Shown one piece after another: positions 1-14,000 of a stretch of DNA of 64,000 nucleotides. Both the position numbers and the translations under genes were made by a program. Every line of letters begins with the position of its first letter. Position 1 is the stretch's first letter. The DNA lies in the NCBI GenBank assembly GCA_013239625.1, contig MU053652.1, forward strand, positions 7,121,902 to 7,185,901, given 5' to 3'. This stretch comes from Lama guanicoe (taxonomy: Eukaryota). The notes below the pieces were generated by a model. It saw only the letters and a list, made by a program, of their open reading frames with translations. It made no database searches and had not been told where the DNA came from.

Positions 1-339
1 AAAAATTGGCATCTCTCAGGCAGAATGATATTTTAAAATACACAGATGCTGCAAATAAAACATCTCATGGCTGTTCAACAGAAACATAAGGCCAGTGAAA
101 TATATTAATTTGTCAGGACATGTAAATGTGGCTAAGCAAAAATTTGGCTGAAGAACAAATATTCTCACAAAGAAAATACAACACAGTAAAACATAAACAC
201 AATTAGATGAACCAAATTATAACCCATCAATAGATGAGAGAGGCGTGCCATTGACTATGCATGATAACTATACAGTCAATTTTCTGGATTATTAGACAAA
301 ACATGCACAAAAGCTTTTGAATGATTAACTGTGTATGTT

Positions 340-790
340 AGAATCCCATTAATTTAGCCAACATTTATTGAACACCTATATTTCATGCACTATGATAACC
401 ACTGGAATTACAAAGATGAAAAGAGGCATGATCCACACACTCAAAAACCTGACATCTTAAGTCATTTCTTCACTGCATAGGTTTAGATATATTATAGATC
501 ATCGTACATTTATCGAACATGAACAAAAGTACGATACAACATGATTTGTCAATGTTCTGTGATGCTCCTGCCTTGCAAGAGCATGTAAAGATGAAATTCA
601 CGTTACACTGTGGTATTTAGCAATAGACAGTAAAAAATATTTCATTTAAAAATGTCTTCTTCATTCATTCTTTCATCCAGCAAATATGTATCAAGGGCTT
701 TTATTCTGTGCCACAGTCCATGTTAGTAACTGGAGACAGCAATGAAATATCAACATACTTCTGTTTTTTTGGAACTATTAACTGTATATT
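340..790 (-). mobile_element. L2 LINE 3'-end fragments (two)
   Basis: CAACATTTATTGAACACCTA (~360) and TTCATTCATTC...CAGCAAATATGTA (~660) resemble the reverse complement of the L2 3' tail. Confidence 0.6.
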
Positions 791-1559
791 TATTTTTTTC
801 CCAATAACAAAGCTCCTAGAGCCTTCCAACTGATTATTCCATCAGATTATTTCTTTGTTTCCCTGCTGTTAAGAGTTTGCCCTCCTCCTAAGAATATCTA
901 AACTTCTCTTATTTCCACTCAACTTGCTTGGCTTGATTTCTGTTTCCTTGCCTTTCTAATCTGACACACTAACACATGCTAATGAATCAATGAAATATCT
1001 TCCCCCTTCTGTGGGACCGTTGTGCATTTGTGCAATGTCCTTCTAGAGACCATGTGTTTAAACCAAAGTGCCTTTAACAGTAGGTATTTCAAACTCTGAG
1101 ACAGACAGTTTGAGGAAATGATTGGACTGAATTCATAAGTAGTTACCTATAAACCTATGCAGGAACTACGCTACAGTCACCTGGTGTGATATGTGGAAAG
1201 TATTTTGATAATCTAATTGCATTGCCCATCTCACAGTGAGGTGCTCCCAATATGACACTCACACCTTCTGTTTTGAAGACAGGCACAGACCTTTGATTGA
1301 AGAATGTAATCACTTCATTACAGGAGTTTTTTTGTTGTTGTTTTTTCCCTATCCTTCATCCTATTGTGTCTTGGTAATCATGCACTAACATGAGCAGAGG
1401 ACATCCATCCTCTAGACTCTTCTTTCAACAAAATCTGTAGCTCAAACATACTTTATCAATCTAGTCTGAGGTCAGGGTGAACCAGTCATCGGAAATACTT
1501 TCTACTATCTGTGACAAATCTCAGTTTTCAAAATGCAGCTTATTTCAAGGCCATTTTTT

Positions 1560-1765
1560 AAGAAAAAATTAACATTTATGTACAAGGAACTGTGCTATTT
1601 CTCTAATCTGCCATCTCATGTAGTTCTCTTGATGGTTCTATGATGTAGATTATGAATCTCCACTTTACAGATGAGAAAACTGAGATTAAATGATGCTAAA
1701 TCTTTGGCCTTGGTTGCATAACTACTGAGTGTAATAGCTAAGACTAGACTGAGTAGAACTCATTT
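1560..1765 (-). mobile_element. MIR SINE
   Basis: MIR core CCACTTTACAGATGAGAAAACTGAGA at ~1660-1686. Confidence 0.75.
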
Positions 1766-2024
1766 CAATGGTATCAGAAATAGACCCCAACCAAAAATAT
1801 ATATGCTACTACCTACCACCATGATTGAAAGCCTTTAGCAAATCACTCTTCAGAATTCTGAAGTTATTCATTTGACTTTTTTTGGTTTCATTTTAGAAGC
1901 TTTTTAAATATACGTGTATCCCTAAGAGGAGTGATGCCTAAATAATTTCACCTAAATACAATTGGACATTTAGATATATCTACAAGGAGACATTGACTTT
2001 ATGAATACTATGCCTTATATCTAA

Positions 2025-2195
2025 TTTCAGTAAATCTAAGCTGTTATTAAATGGAAAATACACCAATTTTCTGTGTACTGAAAAAAAAGCCAATTTACTA
2101 TGATAATTTTTTTATCATATCACTTAAAATCACATCTCAATTTCAGACACGTTAAAATGTAAAAATGTACTTCTTATGTTTGACAAAATAATGTA
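2025..2195. mobile_element. TcMar-Tigger-type MITE fragment (MER46C-like)
   Basis: ATTTCAGACACGTTAAAATGTAAAAATGTACTTCTTA resembles the end of this group. Confidence 0.4.
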
Positions 2196-2399
2196 GATCC
2201 TTTGAGCACAAAGAAGACAAAATAAGATGGAATTTAGAGTGTAATTAAAGACTAACTTAACCTGCTTCAACATTTTAATGAATTTATTGAAATTGCTGGC
2301 TAATTCCTTAAACTGGTTCAGAAGACCATAATTTATAGTTTTGTATTATTACATAATTAGACCATACACAATCATTATATGTAGGAAAGTGTAGTTGCT

Positions 2400-3800
2400 A
2401 TAGTTATGAGTTTAATTAAGAAAATACTAATTCAGTATCTATTGCTTAATATTAGTTTGTCCTCTGCAATGTGAAGGCAATGCAGAAAGAGATACAATGT
2501 TCTTAGCTTCTTGGAATTTTAACTGAGGCCAAGGTGAGGAACTATGTTTGAATTGGGTATATACACCAAAACTGTATTCTAATCTCATTTATAAAGTGCT
2601 TCTGAGTACACTCCTTTGTTTAGTTCAGACACAACCATCATTGCCAACCTTGTTCTAAGAATACACATTACTGCCTGTATAACTTGCAATATTCTTTGTA
2701 TGTTCTCTCCTATAATTGTAGCCTTACCACTCCAACTATCTGAGCAAAATTTCAGCATTACTTAGTTGAGAGATTTATTGCCTGTTTTTAAATAGTATCC
2801 ATTTATCTTTACTAATTAAGCAAATTATCAGAGTAGACAGTAATAGAAATAACATAAACCTTATGGTTGGAGTTGAATTTGGATCAAATTTTTCAGACTT
2901 GATTTCTTTACTTATAAAATATAAGAATTAAAAGAAACATGAGTGTCTAGTACTTAATAGGTACCAGTATGTATTAGTTTCCCACATTTACATACTTTGT
3001 AAACAGTAAGTTGTGTTGATTTCTTTAAGGAGTCCCTACAATGTGACATTTTGGAGTACTAACAGTGAATAAGACAGGACACAACAATGGTGGCTGAGTT
3101 TGGAAAAAAAAAATACACTTACATTCTGTGGGAGGCCTAAGCTATATTTTATATTTCTCAAAGTACGAAAGCTACTTATTCATATACACAATCTACTTCA
3201 AAAGACTCCTACTTAATTCTTACTTTTTTTTATTTGTTCATCTTTCCTTCCCATTTTTCTTCCCCCACCACTTTTCTTACTTTTACTTTTACCTCCTAGC
3301 TGCTCCCAAGTCTCTATTATTGAATAGTTATAGCTTTGTGGACCACTGCCTAGAAGAAGGCTTTCCAATGATTTCTTCACCTCAATCTTTGGATGAAAAT
3401 CAAATATGCAAGAAATCAACTCCAATGGCCTTTCAGTTCTTATCCCCACAATGAGAAAAACTAGAATGTGTTTCTTTTAAAACCATCACTCACTTAAGCT
3501 TTTCTATTCACATTTAACATAGTTACCTTTGACTCAATGGGTTGCAAAATTCTAGTTTCAGTGCTTGTTTAAAATTAGTTTAGGTGAACAAAAATTCTTA
3601 CTTGTTATCTACTGGTCCCTGAATTAATTTTTCAAAGAGCTACTACTTCAAGTCTTCTGCAGTAATCAGGATCTTTGGTAAAAATTAGTTGCTGTTTGGT
3701 GACAATGTTCAAGCAGTGATTTGGTAAGAATCTCTCCCCTCTCATCAGACTGGAAATGTATCTGCAAATATTTCATCTCAATTTCACACTGAATTGTTAT
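2400..3800 (-). mobile_element. possible ancient non-LTR retrotransposon ORF2 relic
   Basis: Minus-strand peptide IEVKKSLESLLLGSGPQ...IETWEQLGG (ORF 3213-3449) resembles the pre-RT 'EV..AI..LK.GKAPG' block; 'RQ*ISQLS..ILLR*LEW' near 2.75 kb resembles 'YRPISLL'. Confidence 0.3.
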
Positions 3801-5879
3801 TATGACTTCTTATTTTGGTTTTGGACTACTTCCTGTACTTTGGTAAATAAATATGTACATTTTACTTTTCCAGAATTTAACTGCTATTTTATGCATGTCC
3901 CTATTTTGTACTAAGAATGTAGAAAAGAAGATCAGTATTATTTAGTGAAAATTCATAGTTATGGAAAATTTTAAAATAAGCAACATCTGCACTTTGCTTT
4001 ACTTTCAGTATCTCAAAGCAGGCAGAGTTTTGTCTAACAATTAGTTTTAGGAAAAAAGTAACAAGTAGACAAAAAAATTGAAACACCTGAAAATTCATTT
4101 TTCTGATGCATAATGATTAGTAAAGTTCCTACAACTATTTTTGCATGATTAATTTCTCAGCACAACACATCTACGTTTAGAAAGAATAGTGAAAGTATTC
4201 TTTATATTAGTTCATTTGAGGATTCTCCCATAACGAGATTTTATTATATGTTTACCTATGGTTCCTGATCTGTTTTCGCTGCATTTATGTTCTTAGCAAG
4301 GAGTGCTATCATTTCCTAAAATACATAATAAACTATTATCAGCTGGCAGTCAGGTTAGTTATATACCTAAAGCTACTGTATTTGAAGAAACTTGGCAATT
4401 AAGACCAAATTACATTGACAGGTTTTATTAAATACATTATTCAACATAAACCCTTTGAGCTCAATTAATTGTTGTATAAAGAAACTTTGAGGATCCCCAT
4501 ACTGAGAAGTCAACAATAGTTTGTTTCAAATCCATTTTTTTCTTTTAAACAAGTAATAGAACATTTCCGATGGTCGGATTTTCAGTGGCACAACTCTTGG
4601 GTAAGCGCTTACCTTAGCAACGTTCTAATCTTAGCAGAGACCGCACACACCAACTAGCAGGCTAGTCAGGTTGGTAAGGCTATACCACTGGTTCCCGAGC
4701 ACTACCTAAAACACTGCAGTGGGGAAACTTGATCTCATACAAGAATTTTCAAAGCAAAACAAAGTATTTTAGAAGCACTGACTCTTGTCCAATCATCTAT
4801 TTTACAAGTGAGGAAACTGAAGACCTCCTCCCTCTTGTCCACAGTGACTTCTGTCCTGTTGGCTTCTCTTCATATAAGGAAAAACATTTTTTGAAATCAG
4901 GTATTTTCATGCACAATATTTCTTTTCTCAGAGGAAAAAAAAATGTTCAATCTTTCACACATGGGGACTTGCATATCTTAAAAAAGTTTAAGGACTTTTC
5001 ACTCAGTTTAAAATTAAAATTGTTTTACTAATTATGAAAAGGACCATTTTTAGCCAAGAATAAAGAAATTCCTAATATATGCCAGATATTTTATTAGATC
5101 TTGAAGATTCAGAGGTGAATAAAAATGGTTCTATGATCTGAAAGATCTTGCAGTCTAGTAGAGGCGGCATAATGACAAATAACTGTAATTCACTATACTG
5201 ATGTCATAATAAAGATGCATGTAATGTGCCAGAAAGCACAGAAGGTGGAAAGACTATCTGCCAAACAACTTGAAGTAACTTTTACATCTGAACACTCTTC
5301 CTTTCTTACCCTGCTCGCCTTTTAAATAAATACCTTGTAAATCTAGGTATTTTTAAATTGATGTTTTTGGAATGATGCTATATGGCATTTCATCAAACAA
5401 TGTATTGAATCCATAATAGATAGCACACTGATCCCCAGTTTTCCTTATCTAATAAATCCATCATTACACCAAAGAAGATAAAAGAATTTTTAATAACTTC
5501 TCTTAAATAAATTTGTGATATTGATCACTTTTTAAACATTTTGTTCTCAAGTGTTCACGTAACGATAAAATTTCTTGGATCATAGATTTAAATCAGTCAG
5601 TAAAATTGTGTGACTCAATTTTGTCAAAATTTTCTGGACTTTTGAACTATACCCATCCTAGAGTGGAAAAGCTTCACTCTCAAATCTGTAGGGCATTGAA
5701 CCTAAAAAAGAAGTTGAATAGGCTTTCATAATGTTGTTTCTATTAAAAGTGTGATTAGCTAACCCTCAGGTAAGTGCTTATGTAAGCTCTGATCTTACCA
5801 GATCCCCCACGTACTCATGGCTCATTTGATTTAAAAAATGTGTATTAAAAATCATTATGATAAATGCATATATATAAAC

Positions 5880-6445
5880 TATTAAAATTAATATATTGAG
5901 TGACCATAACATTTATATGCATGCAAATCATTTAATTCTTAGAAAAATCTATGAAGTACTAATCAATATCCCCACCTTAAATATGTAGAAATTGAAGTTT
6001 TAAAAGTTCATGAGAAATACATAAGAACACACAATAAGTAGATAGCCTAAGTAGGACTGTAAAACCTACTTTTCTAAAATTTCACAGTGATGAATTTCCT
6101 ATGTTTTATTTGCTCTAAACATCTCCATTTTACTTATATAGCAACATGTAATTATTACTGTAAGCTTCATTATATTGGAATAGTTACAAAAATAAAATAG
6201 AAATGACTAAAAACTGTTATAGTTAATCACAAAAATCACATGAAGAAAAGAGATAGACTCTGGGGTTAGAATCAAAACTTAGTTCTTTGTGACTTTGAGA
6301 AAATTACTTAAAATTATCTGAGCTTCTGTTCCTCTTCTTGTAAAATGTGTATAATAATACATAGCCCATAGTACTTTTGTGGCAAATGAGCTCTAGAGAA
6401 AATATACAGGGTAAGAGTGGCATAGAGTAGGTGGTTAATAATTAG
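5880..6445. mobile_element. two MIR SINEs in opposite orientation
   Basis: CCCCACCTTAAATATGTAGAAATTGAAG (~5970, -) and CTGAGCTTCTGTTCCTCTTCTTGTAAAATG (~6320, +). Confidence 0.6.
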
Positions 6446-6689
6446 CAGCCAGTAATTTATTTTAAGAAAAGCTATCTTAGGAATTGAAATTATTTTAAAG
6501 TTGCTAATACTTTTTGTATAGAGTAGAACAATTCCAAAGTTCAGTTTTAAGACATTATGTATTTGTCCATGAATTTCAAACAGCTAATTAATTTACCAGT
6601 CTCATCCCTTTAATAATGATTTCTTAAAGAGAGCTTATCTGGAAATTTGTCTATAATGTATTTTGTGAGGTAGCTGGAATGAAAAATTT

Positions 6690-9600
6690 ATGTGAATGTC
6701 CTCAAATTTATAGTTAGTTGGAAAGCTGTCTGGCAATAGGCTACCAAGGCAGCCAATATTTGACAGACCAAGACCCAGAGCTACGGGAACCGCAAGGAAG
6801 TAACTGTGATATACTGATATAATTTCCCCCTTGAGACATTTTCAGATAACTAATCTAAGCAGACCAAGGGGAAAAATCAAGAAAATAAGAAATAGTTTTT
6901 ATTAAAGGCTCGAAAGCTATGCAAAGATTTTGGCAGTCTCACAATTGTGAGGTTACAAAAATTCAAGTTTGGGGCTCTCCAAGGAGGAGGGTTATGGTAA
7001 GCACTTAAAGCTTTCAGCTGAGATTCCCAAAGGGCTACACTCAAGTGTAAAGGCAAACTGGAATTAGAACAGGACTCAAAAATTCTGAAATGGTTTAAAT
7101 CTATGTATGGATAAAGGTGGTTTCTTTACCTAACAAAAGGAAATGAAATTCTCTATGGAGGAAGAAGACATCATCCAGTGCCTCTATAACTTTTCCTACA
7201 AAACTGTGGTATTCACCAAATGACAAAAAAAGCAAGATCAAAAAGGTCAAAAGTCAGATGACAGAAAAAGATCCCAGGTACTCTATATATTGCAGTAATC
7301 AGACCGGGACTTTAAAATAACTATGATTAATATGTTCAAGAAAATAAGTAAGATGTAAAATTTCACTAGAAAATTAAAATCCATTAAAATAACCAAGTAA
7401 AAATTCTAAAAAATAAAACATATGATAAGTTAAATTATGAATTTAATAGATATGTTTAACAATCTAATGATTAGACACTGCAGAAAAGAAGATTATTAAC
7501 TAGGAAAAAGAGAAACAGAAATATAAACAGACTGATGCACAAAGTCAGAAAAAGAATTAAAAATACACAAAAGAGAATGAGAGTCATATGGAAACACTGA
7601 AAATATCTAACATGCATGAAACTGGAGTCCAAGAAGCAACAGAAAGAAAGAATATTTGAAGATATATTGGACAGGGAATTTTCCAAGATGTATAAAACTA
7701 GCTGGCAACATCAAACATAAAAGATATCAAAAAGCTCTAAGATCACAGGGGATAGACAGCTGAGCTGTACAACTGCTGAAAAAGAAAAAGAAAAACTTAA
7801 AAGAAGACAGAGGGGCAAAAGGACACATTACCTTCAAAGGTGTAACAGACAATAAGACTGACAGCTCACTGAATACACATGATGCAAGTCAGAAGACAAT
7901 GAAATGACAGTTTTAAAGCATTGGGGAAAAAAAAAAGCCAACCTAGATTCCTTTAGCCAGTGAAAACATCCTTAAAGTGATGGTAAGATGAAGAAATTTT
8001 CAGATATAAAACATATGAGAAAAGTCATTTCAAGGGCAACTGCACTAAAAGATATAATAAAGTCTTTCTTCAGGAAGTAGGACTTCAAAAAGTGGAAGCA
8101 CAGTAATGCAAAAGAATGGGTAAGTTTTGAAAGTACGGACCTGAGAGTAAATCTAAACGAATCTTGACTGTTCTAAATAATAATGTCGTGTGTAGTTTGG
8201 AGTGCATGCATGTTTGTGCGTGTGTGTAAGTCTGTGTATTTGTGTATATACAAATATGCATATATACATGGGTATTTGCATATGTTTATATATTATTAAA
8301 ATACATGACAACAGTAGCATAAAGTTCAGGAGAGACAAATGGACATAAAATATGTGAAGTCTTTGTGAAGTCCAGGAATTGGTACAAATTAATAGAAAGC
8401 AGAATGTTGAAACTACTAGGGATACTACTTAAAGAATAATAAATATATGTATGTAACTAAAAAGCTAATAGAAGAATAAGGAGATACTTTAAAATTACAT
8501 ACTCTAAAAGAAAATAAGAATGGAGGGAGAAAAAATAAACAGAAAAATACAAAAAATAATAGATTTAAATTCCACTTACATCATTACTTATATTTATTAT
8601 ATAAAATTTAGATTGATTAAATAGGCAAATTTTTTAATTGTCAGACTTAATAGAAAAACAAAATCAAACTACACACTGCTTACAATCGATACACATTAAA
8701 TACGAAAAGACATAGGAATTATGAAAGAAAAAGGATGAAAAAACATTCCATGTAAAACTACACATAAAGAGAAGTATCTCATAATGATTGTATTAGTTGG
8801 GACTCTCCAGAGAAACAGAACCACTGGGATGTATAGATAGCAAGAGACTTATTATAAAGAATACGTTCATGCAATTATGGACAATGACAAATTCCAAGAT
8901 CTGCAAGGCAATCAGGCAGGAGTAGTTCCCTATTACTCTGGGAAGAGTCAGCCTTTTTGCTCTATGGAGACCTTCAATTAACTGGGTGAGATCCAACCAC
9001 ATTGAGGAAGGTAATTTGCTTTACTCAGTCTGCCAATTCAAATGTTAATCTCATCCAAAAACATCCTCATAGACACACCCAGTATAATATTCAACCAAAT
9101 AACTGGACACCTATGGCCCAGTCAAGTTGGTATGTCAAAATTAATCACTACAGTAATGGAAATGTTCACTGAACTGAAAGGTAGAACTATCCTAAATTTG
9201 TATGCACTTAACAGTACAGAATTAAAGAAGATGAGGCAAAGTCCTACAGAACTCAAAGGAAAAACAGACAAATTCCAAAAACACTGAAAAGCCTTAACAG
9301 AAATCCTTTTGTAACTAATAGAAAAGAAAGCCAAACAACCAACAGAAAACACTAGATTTGAAAAATGCAATTGACAAAAGATATAATTAACAGATATGGA
9401 ACACTGTCTCTAACAATAAAATAGTACAATATACTTTCACCGACTCAGAAATATTTTATATCAAAGACCACATATGGTCCACAAAACAAATCTCTACAGA
9501 TTTCTAATGATGAAATTGATACATAATACACAGAGAATGTTCTTTGATTATAGTGGAATTAGCCTGAAATCATTTAAAATTGATACAACAAAAATTACCA

Positions 9601-10280
9601 AATTTTGGATATTCAAGCTGCACACATCTAAACACCCATAAAATCAAGAGAATTAGAGTGGAAATTAGAAAGTATTTTAAACATGAAATACCAAAACTTG
9701 TGGGAAATACATAAAGCAGTGCTTAGAAGGAATTACATAGCCTTACTCGGAAGTACTAGAAAAGGAAAGCTGAATATTAATATTTATTAGCTTATATCAA
9801 GAATCAAAGAAAGGAACAACATACTAAAACTCATCAATAAAAAAAGTAATTAAACTAAAAACAGAAATCAGTGAAACAGAAAATAAACATACAACAGAGA
9901 AAACTAAAACCACATTCTCTTAAAGACTAATAAAATGAACTTTGAGCAACACTGCTTAAGGGGGAAAAAAGAAAGACACAGAACAACAACATCATGAAGG
10001 AAAAGGGACAACATTACATTAACACAAACATTAAAAAGTAGTAAGAACAACTTTATGTCAATAAATTTGAAAATTTAGAGGCACTGACTGGACAAATTCA
10101 TTTAAAAACTCAACTTCCAAAATATCAATAGGCCTTTCACCTATTAAAGTAGATGAATCCATAATTTTAAAGTTTAAAAAAAGGTCTATCTGGAACATAA
10201 CATGAAACAAGTATGCCCACTATCACCCTAACTATTCAACATGGCACTGAATGTCCTGGCCAGTGGAATAAGGCAATAAA
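6690..10280 (+). mobile_element. old L1M LINE-1 (5' region, decayed ORF1, ORF2 fragments), interrupted by an MLT2 LTR
   Basis: A-rich strand; ORF1-type GACTTTAAAATAACTATGATTAATATGTTCAAG (7308); ORF2-type CAAAACTTGTGGGA...AAAGCAGTGCTTAGAAGG (~9700) and CCACTATCACCCTAACTATTCAACATGG (10218). Confidence 0.85.
8789..9152 (-). mobile_element. MLT2 (ERVL) solo LTR nested in L1
   Basis: Begins TGTATTAGTTGGGACTCTCCAGAGAAACAGAACC and ends AAAATTAATCACTACA, the reverse complement of MLT2 termini. Confidence 0.9.
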
Positions 10281-10289
10281 TAATAAATA

Positions 10290-10432
10290 TATTTCTCAAT
10301 TCAATATTTTATTTGTTTTGGATTTTTATGTATACAATCATGCCATCTGCAAATAACAACATAGTTCTCTTTTTTCTTCCTAATATTTGTAACTTATATA
10401 TCTTCCACTAGTTTCTAGCACCAAGTGAGACC
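10290..10432 (-). mobile_element. inverted L1 ORF2 fragment (RT motif region)
   Basis: Reverse complement reads LFADGMIVYIKIQ, matching L1 LFADDMIVYIENP. Confidence 0.75.
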
Positions 10433-10762
10433 TGCTTCTAACCTTAAGCATACTTAAAGGGTCTTCTACAGAACTACTCAGAAAACAGTATGCGTCTCCT
10501 AAGGTTAGAACTGGAACAGTTGACTGGAAAGTCTAAAAGATGGAGGCACCAGATAGCTGTGTCAAAGCTGCAAAATGAGCAAAGCAGAGGTTGCTGCCAT
10601 GTTAGGTATCATTTACATCTCTAGAGTTTGCTCCTGGTAAAAAAGGCATGGACTTTCCCTGGGGATCAGCAGAGGAACATGTGAGAGAAAAGTAGACGGA
10701 AGCCACTGTAAATTTTCCTACAGTGAAAATAATGATAATGAATATTACATCATGTTTACCAT

Positions 10763-10862
10763 GGGATGGGTGGATGGATAGATGGAGGGATAGACAGGCA
10801 GACAGGCAGGTAGGCAGACAGATAGGTAGATAAGCAGGTAGGTAGGTAGGTAAATAGATAGA
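10763..10862. repeat. compound tetranucleotide microsatellite (GGAT/AGAC/AGGC/AGGT/AGAT)
   Basis: Seen directly in the sequence. Confidence 0.9.
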
Positions 10863-10864
10863 CT

Positions 10865-11020
10865 TCCTCTCAGCAATTCTATGACATTAGTTCTGTTTAT
10901 CATCATGCCATGTTCAGTTTAGAAAACTGAGATACTACATAATATACACAAGGTTGCACAACTGGTAAATGGTAGACTCAGGATTTGAACTCAGCCAGGC
11001 TCAAGATTTTCTTTAGCACC
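10865..11020 (-). mobile_element. MIR SINE
   Basis: AGAAAACTGAGA...CAAGGTTGCACAACTGGTAAATGGTAGACTCAGGATTTGAACTCAG. Confidence 0.75.
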
Positions 11021-14000
11021 ATATTATGAAACACAAACAGAAAAAGTCTAGGTAAAGTAGACCTCCAGAAAACCAGGAGGTAGAAGGAAAGGTAGGAGCC
11101 AGTCAAGAAAATGATATCCCTATATCACAGACACCTATGAAAGTGCACAAGAGAAAAAGAGCTTTAAACACCTACCAGCTCAGAAACTGAAAGTTAACTT
11201 GGCAATATCAAATGATTACATTTATTTGACCCCATCCCCACCTTTTATACCTTCTGTCTTTCCCCAATTTGATCCTAGAGGGGTTTGGAACTTTCATTTC
11301 TGGGAATAAAATATTACCTTGCCTAGTTTTCTTTTATTCACCCAAAACACTTTTTTTAAAAAACAATCTCAGTTTTAAAAAACAGCTTAACTCATATTTG
11401 TCAGATTATTCTTATTCTGACTTCACTCTAAGAAGGATTCACACCATTACTTGCAGTTCATTAAAATCTGCAAACTTCTAGTCTCTGCGGGTGTGTGTCC
11501 TCAGTTACAAAAAGGATCAAATCCTTATATTTGGAAACACAGGATAAATGAGAAGAGACCACAAATTAGTTGTTCTGTTTTTCTCCTAACAAATTTTTCT
11601 TGCCAAACCAATTAAGTAAACAAGCTGTAGTTTCTATTCTAAAAATAAAAAGCACACATTTACAGTTGCCCAAATATGTTTTCCTTTTCATACATAAAAG
11701 GAAATACTCAGAGGATTTAATTATAACAAGACTTTAACATTTGTGACATAAATATGATAGGTTAGCTAATGTTTGTGTACTTCCTCTAAACACAGAAACA
11801 AACTAAAGGACCTAGCAAGCTGGCTTGAATACTGCATGGCAGCTGACAAGCTGGAAATTTGCCACATGGATATTATAATTGTTTCATTTAGCTTGCAACT
11901 CCTAGACACAAACATTGTCTTTCCTTATAGAATTTTTTAGTGTGGAGGAGAAATACTGGGAAAATTAATAGAGTCTTACAGAAGTGATAACTGTTAAAGG
12001 AAAAGAAAGATTAATAGCAGCCTATGTTGTTAAACTGTAAAAAACTACAAATGAGGGCCTAAAATATTGGTTCCAAAGGAATGATACTGAAGGCCCTCAA
12101 CAGCTGCTTTCACATTACCCAGAGATATTTTAAACTTCAAAGATCAGCTGGGGCAGGTTCTAGGCAGATGAAGACTGAAAGGATCCTGTTGAGAAATGAT
12201 CACAATGGGATAGTTACTAAGAATAAGAGCAAGGATATTAAACAACAAGGATTTTCCAAAGAAGGAATCCTGATTGGAATTATCAGCCAAAATATCCTAT
12301 CTCACCTGAAATCTGCTAATTCTAAATATAAACTATTTAACATAAGGTGTCTCACAGAGAGGATTTTTTTTAAAAAGAATTTCTCACTTTTTCCTGCTTC
12401 TGAAGACAGGTCTACAAGGGGCTAATAAATGCTATTTAAAATCAAAATTGTGCTTCTAAAATGAAGAGTTTCACAGATATCCCTATTGATGGACTCATAA
12501 AATGGAAACAGCAACAAAACTTGGTCATTCACCAATAGTATGTTCTTTTGCACTCTCTTGCCTCTATACATTATCATAGTTACTTCAGCTTAGAATTAGA
12601 ACGCTCTTCGTTCTAATTGAATCACAGTTTAGACATTCCTTACTCTAGGAATCTTTTCATGACTCTTCCAAACATTAGAAACTTACGAGAGAATCTTTGA
12701 GTCTCCCCAAAATATAGGACTTCGGAAGAATCTAAATGTTTAATGTTCTTAATATGTTTCCACAGTACCCTATATTTCTTCTCTCACTGTACATACTTAG
12801 CATACATTGTGTTGAATTCACTTATTTTTTGTCCTTTCCTAATCTTATAAGCTTTATGAAAGCAGAAGACCTGCCTTTACCATTCATTTTTACATCCCCA
12901 GAGCTTAGTGCAAAGCCTGACACACAATGAGAACACTGTAAATTCATGCACAGAAATGACAGACAAGCTCAAACAGAGCATACACAAAAACTCACAAAGT
13001 GAAGTTCTGACTCAGGACAAATATCTGATTATTATTACTAATTACATTACTATTAATGATTATTAATAATATACACTAAAATGAAAAGTACAGTAGCATA
13101 AATAAACATAAACTCTATAAAGTAAGAAATGAAATAAAGTAAACAAAAACTTGTGTAAGCATTCCAATTGACTTTGTAAATTTCTGAATGGACAGGAAGA
13201 ATAAGAATTTTGTCAAAAAACAGTGGGAATGAGAAAGATTCTACTGGCATACATCATCCAACAATGTGTTTTAGAATATATGGGTAGTGTATTTTATAAG
13301 CCTTTCAATAACAGAAAATAGCTCTCAGTTGCCTTTGGAATTGAATGACAAACTGGCTGGAAATAAAATTCTTAGATCAAAATCTTTTTCCTTCAAATTT
13401 CCACTGAGAGGTCCTCCTCATCACACCCTTCACTAGACTAAGTTATGCAGACACAGATTGCATTTCACCTTTTGTTTCAGTATCATATATGTAATTATTT
13501 CACTAATAAAATTCTTCCCCACCATCCTATAAACTCCATGATAATAGCAACTGTGATTATTCTGTTTGCCTATAATCTACCTAGGTTTGAGTCTGAAATA
13601 GAGTAAGTGTAAAATAAATATATTTTAAATGAATAAATGAGCAAATGAGTAATGCAAAGAAATATATAAAGCCCTTAACTGTATTGCTTCATTTCCTTCT
13701 AGCATTTACCATTTGAACAAGGCATCTAAGGAAAGGCCAATTGTGCTCCACAGTAAATAAGCCATCTAGTCTTAGTTCATGTTTAAAGGAATTTTTAATC
13801 TTCTTTTGAATGTAGAAAGAATATGTCTATGTGTGGAACCTTTTATAGTCTGTACTACAGAACTTTTTTTTTAAGTTGAAATCATTTGGATTCAAAATTT
13901 AAATTCCTCTATTAAAACGTAATTATGCCACTCAGTGATGCAAGATCTTGGGCAAAAAAGTGAACACAATCACAGCTAACACAGCATGTTTTCCTTGTAC

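Noticed and set aside
4256..4315. 60-nt minus-strand exon-like segment (EMIALLAKNINAAKTDQEP*)
   Set aside because: Ends in a stop, has no recognisable homology, and such sites are common in AT-rich DNA.
12119..12408. Two phase-compatible minus-strand 'exons' suggesting a host pseudogene
   Set aside because: The peptide fits the C-terminal part of an RTE-X/L4-type ORF2 better and is collinear with RT and EN remnants; the splice-like sites are probably chance.
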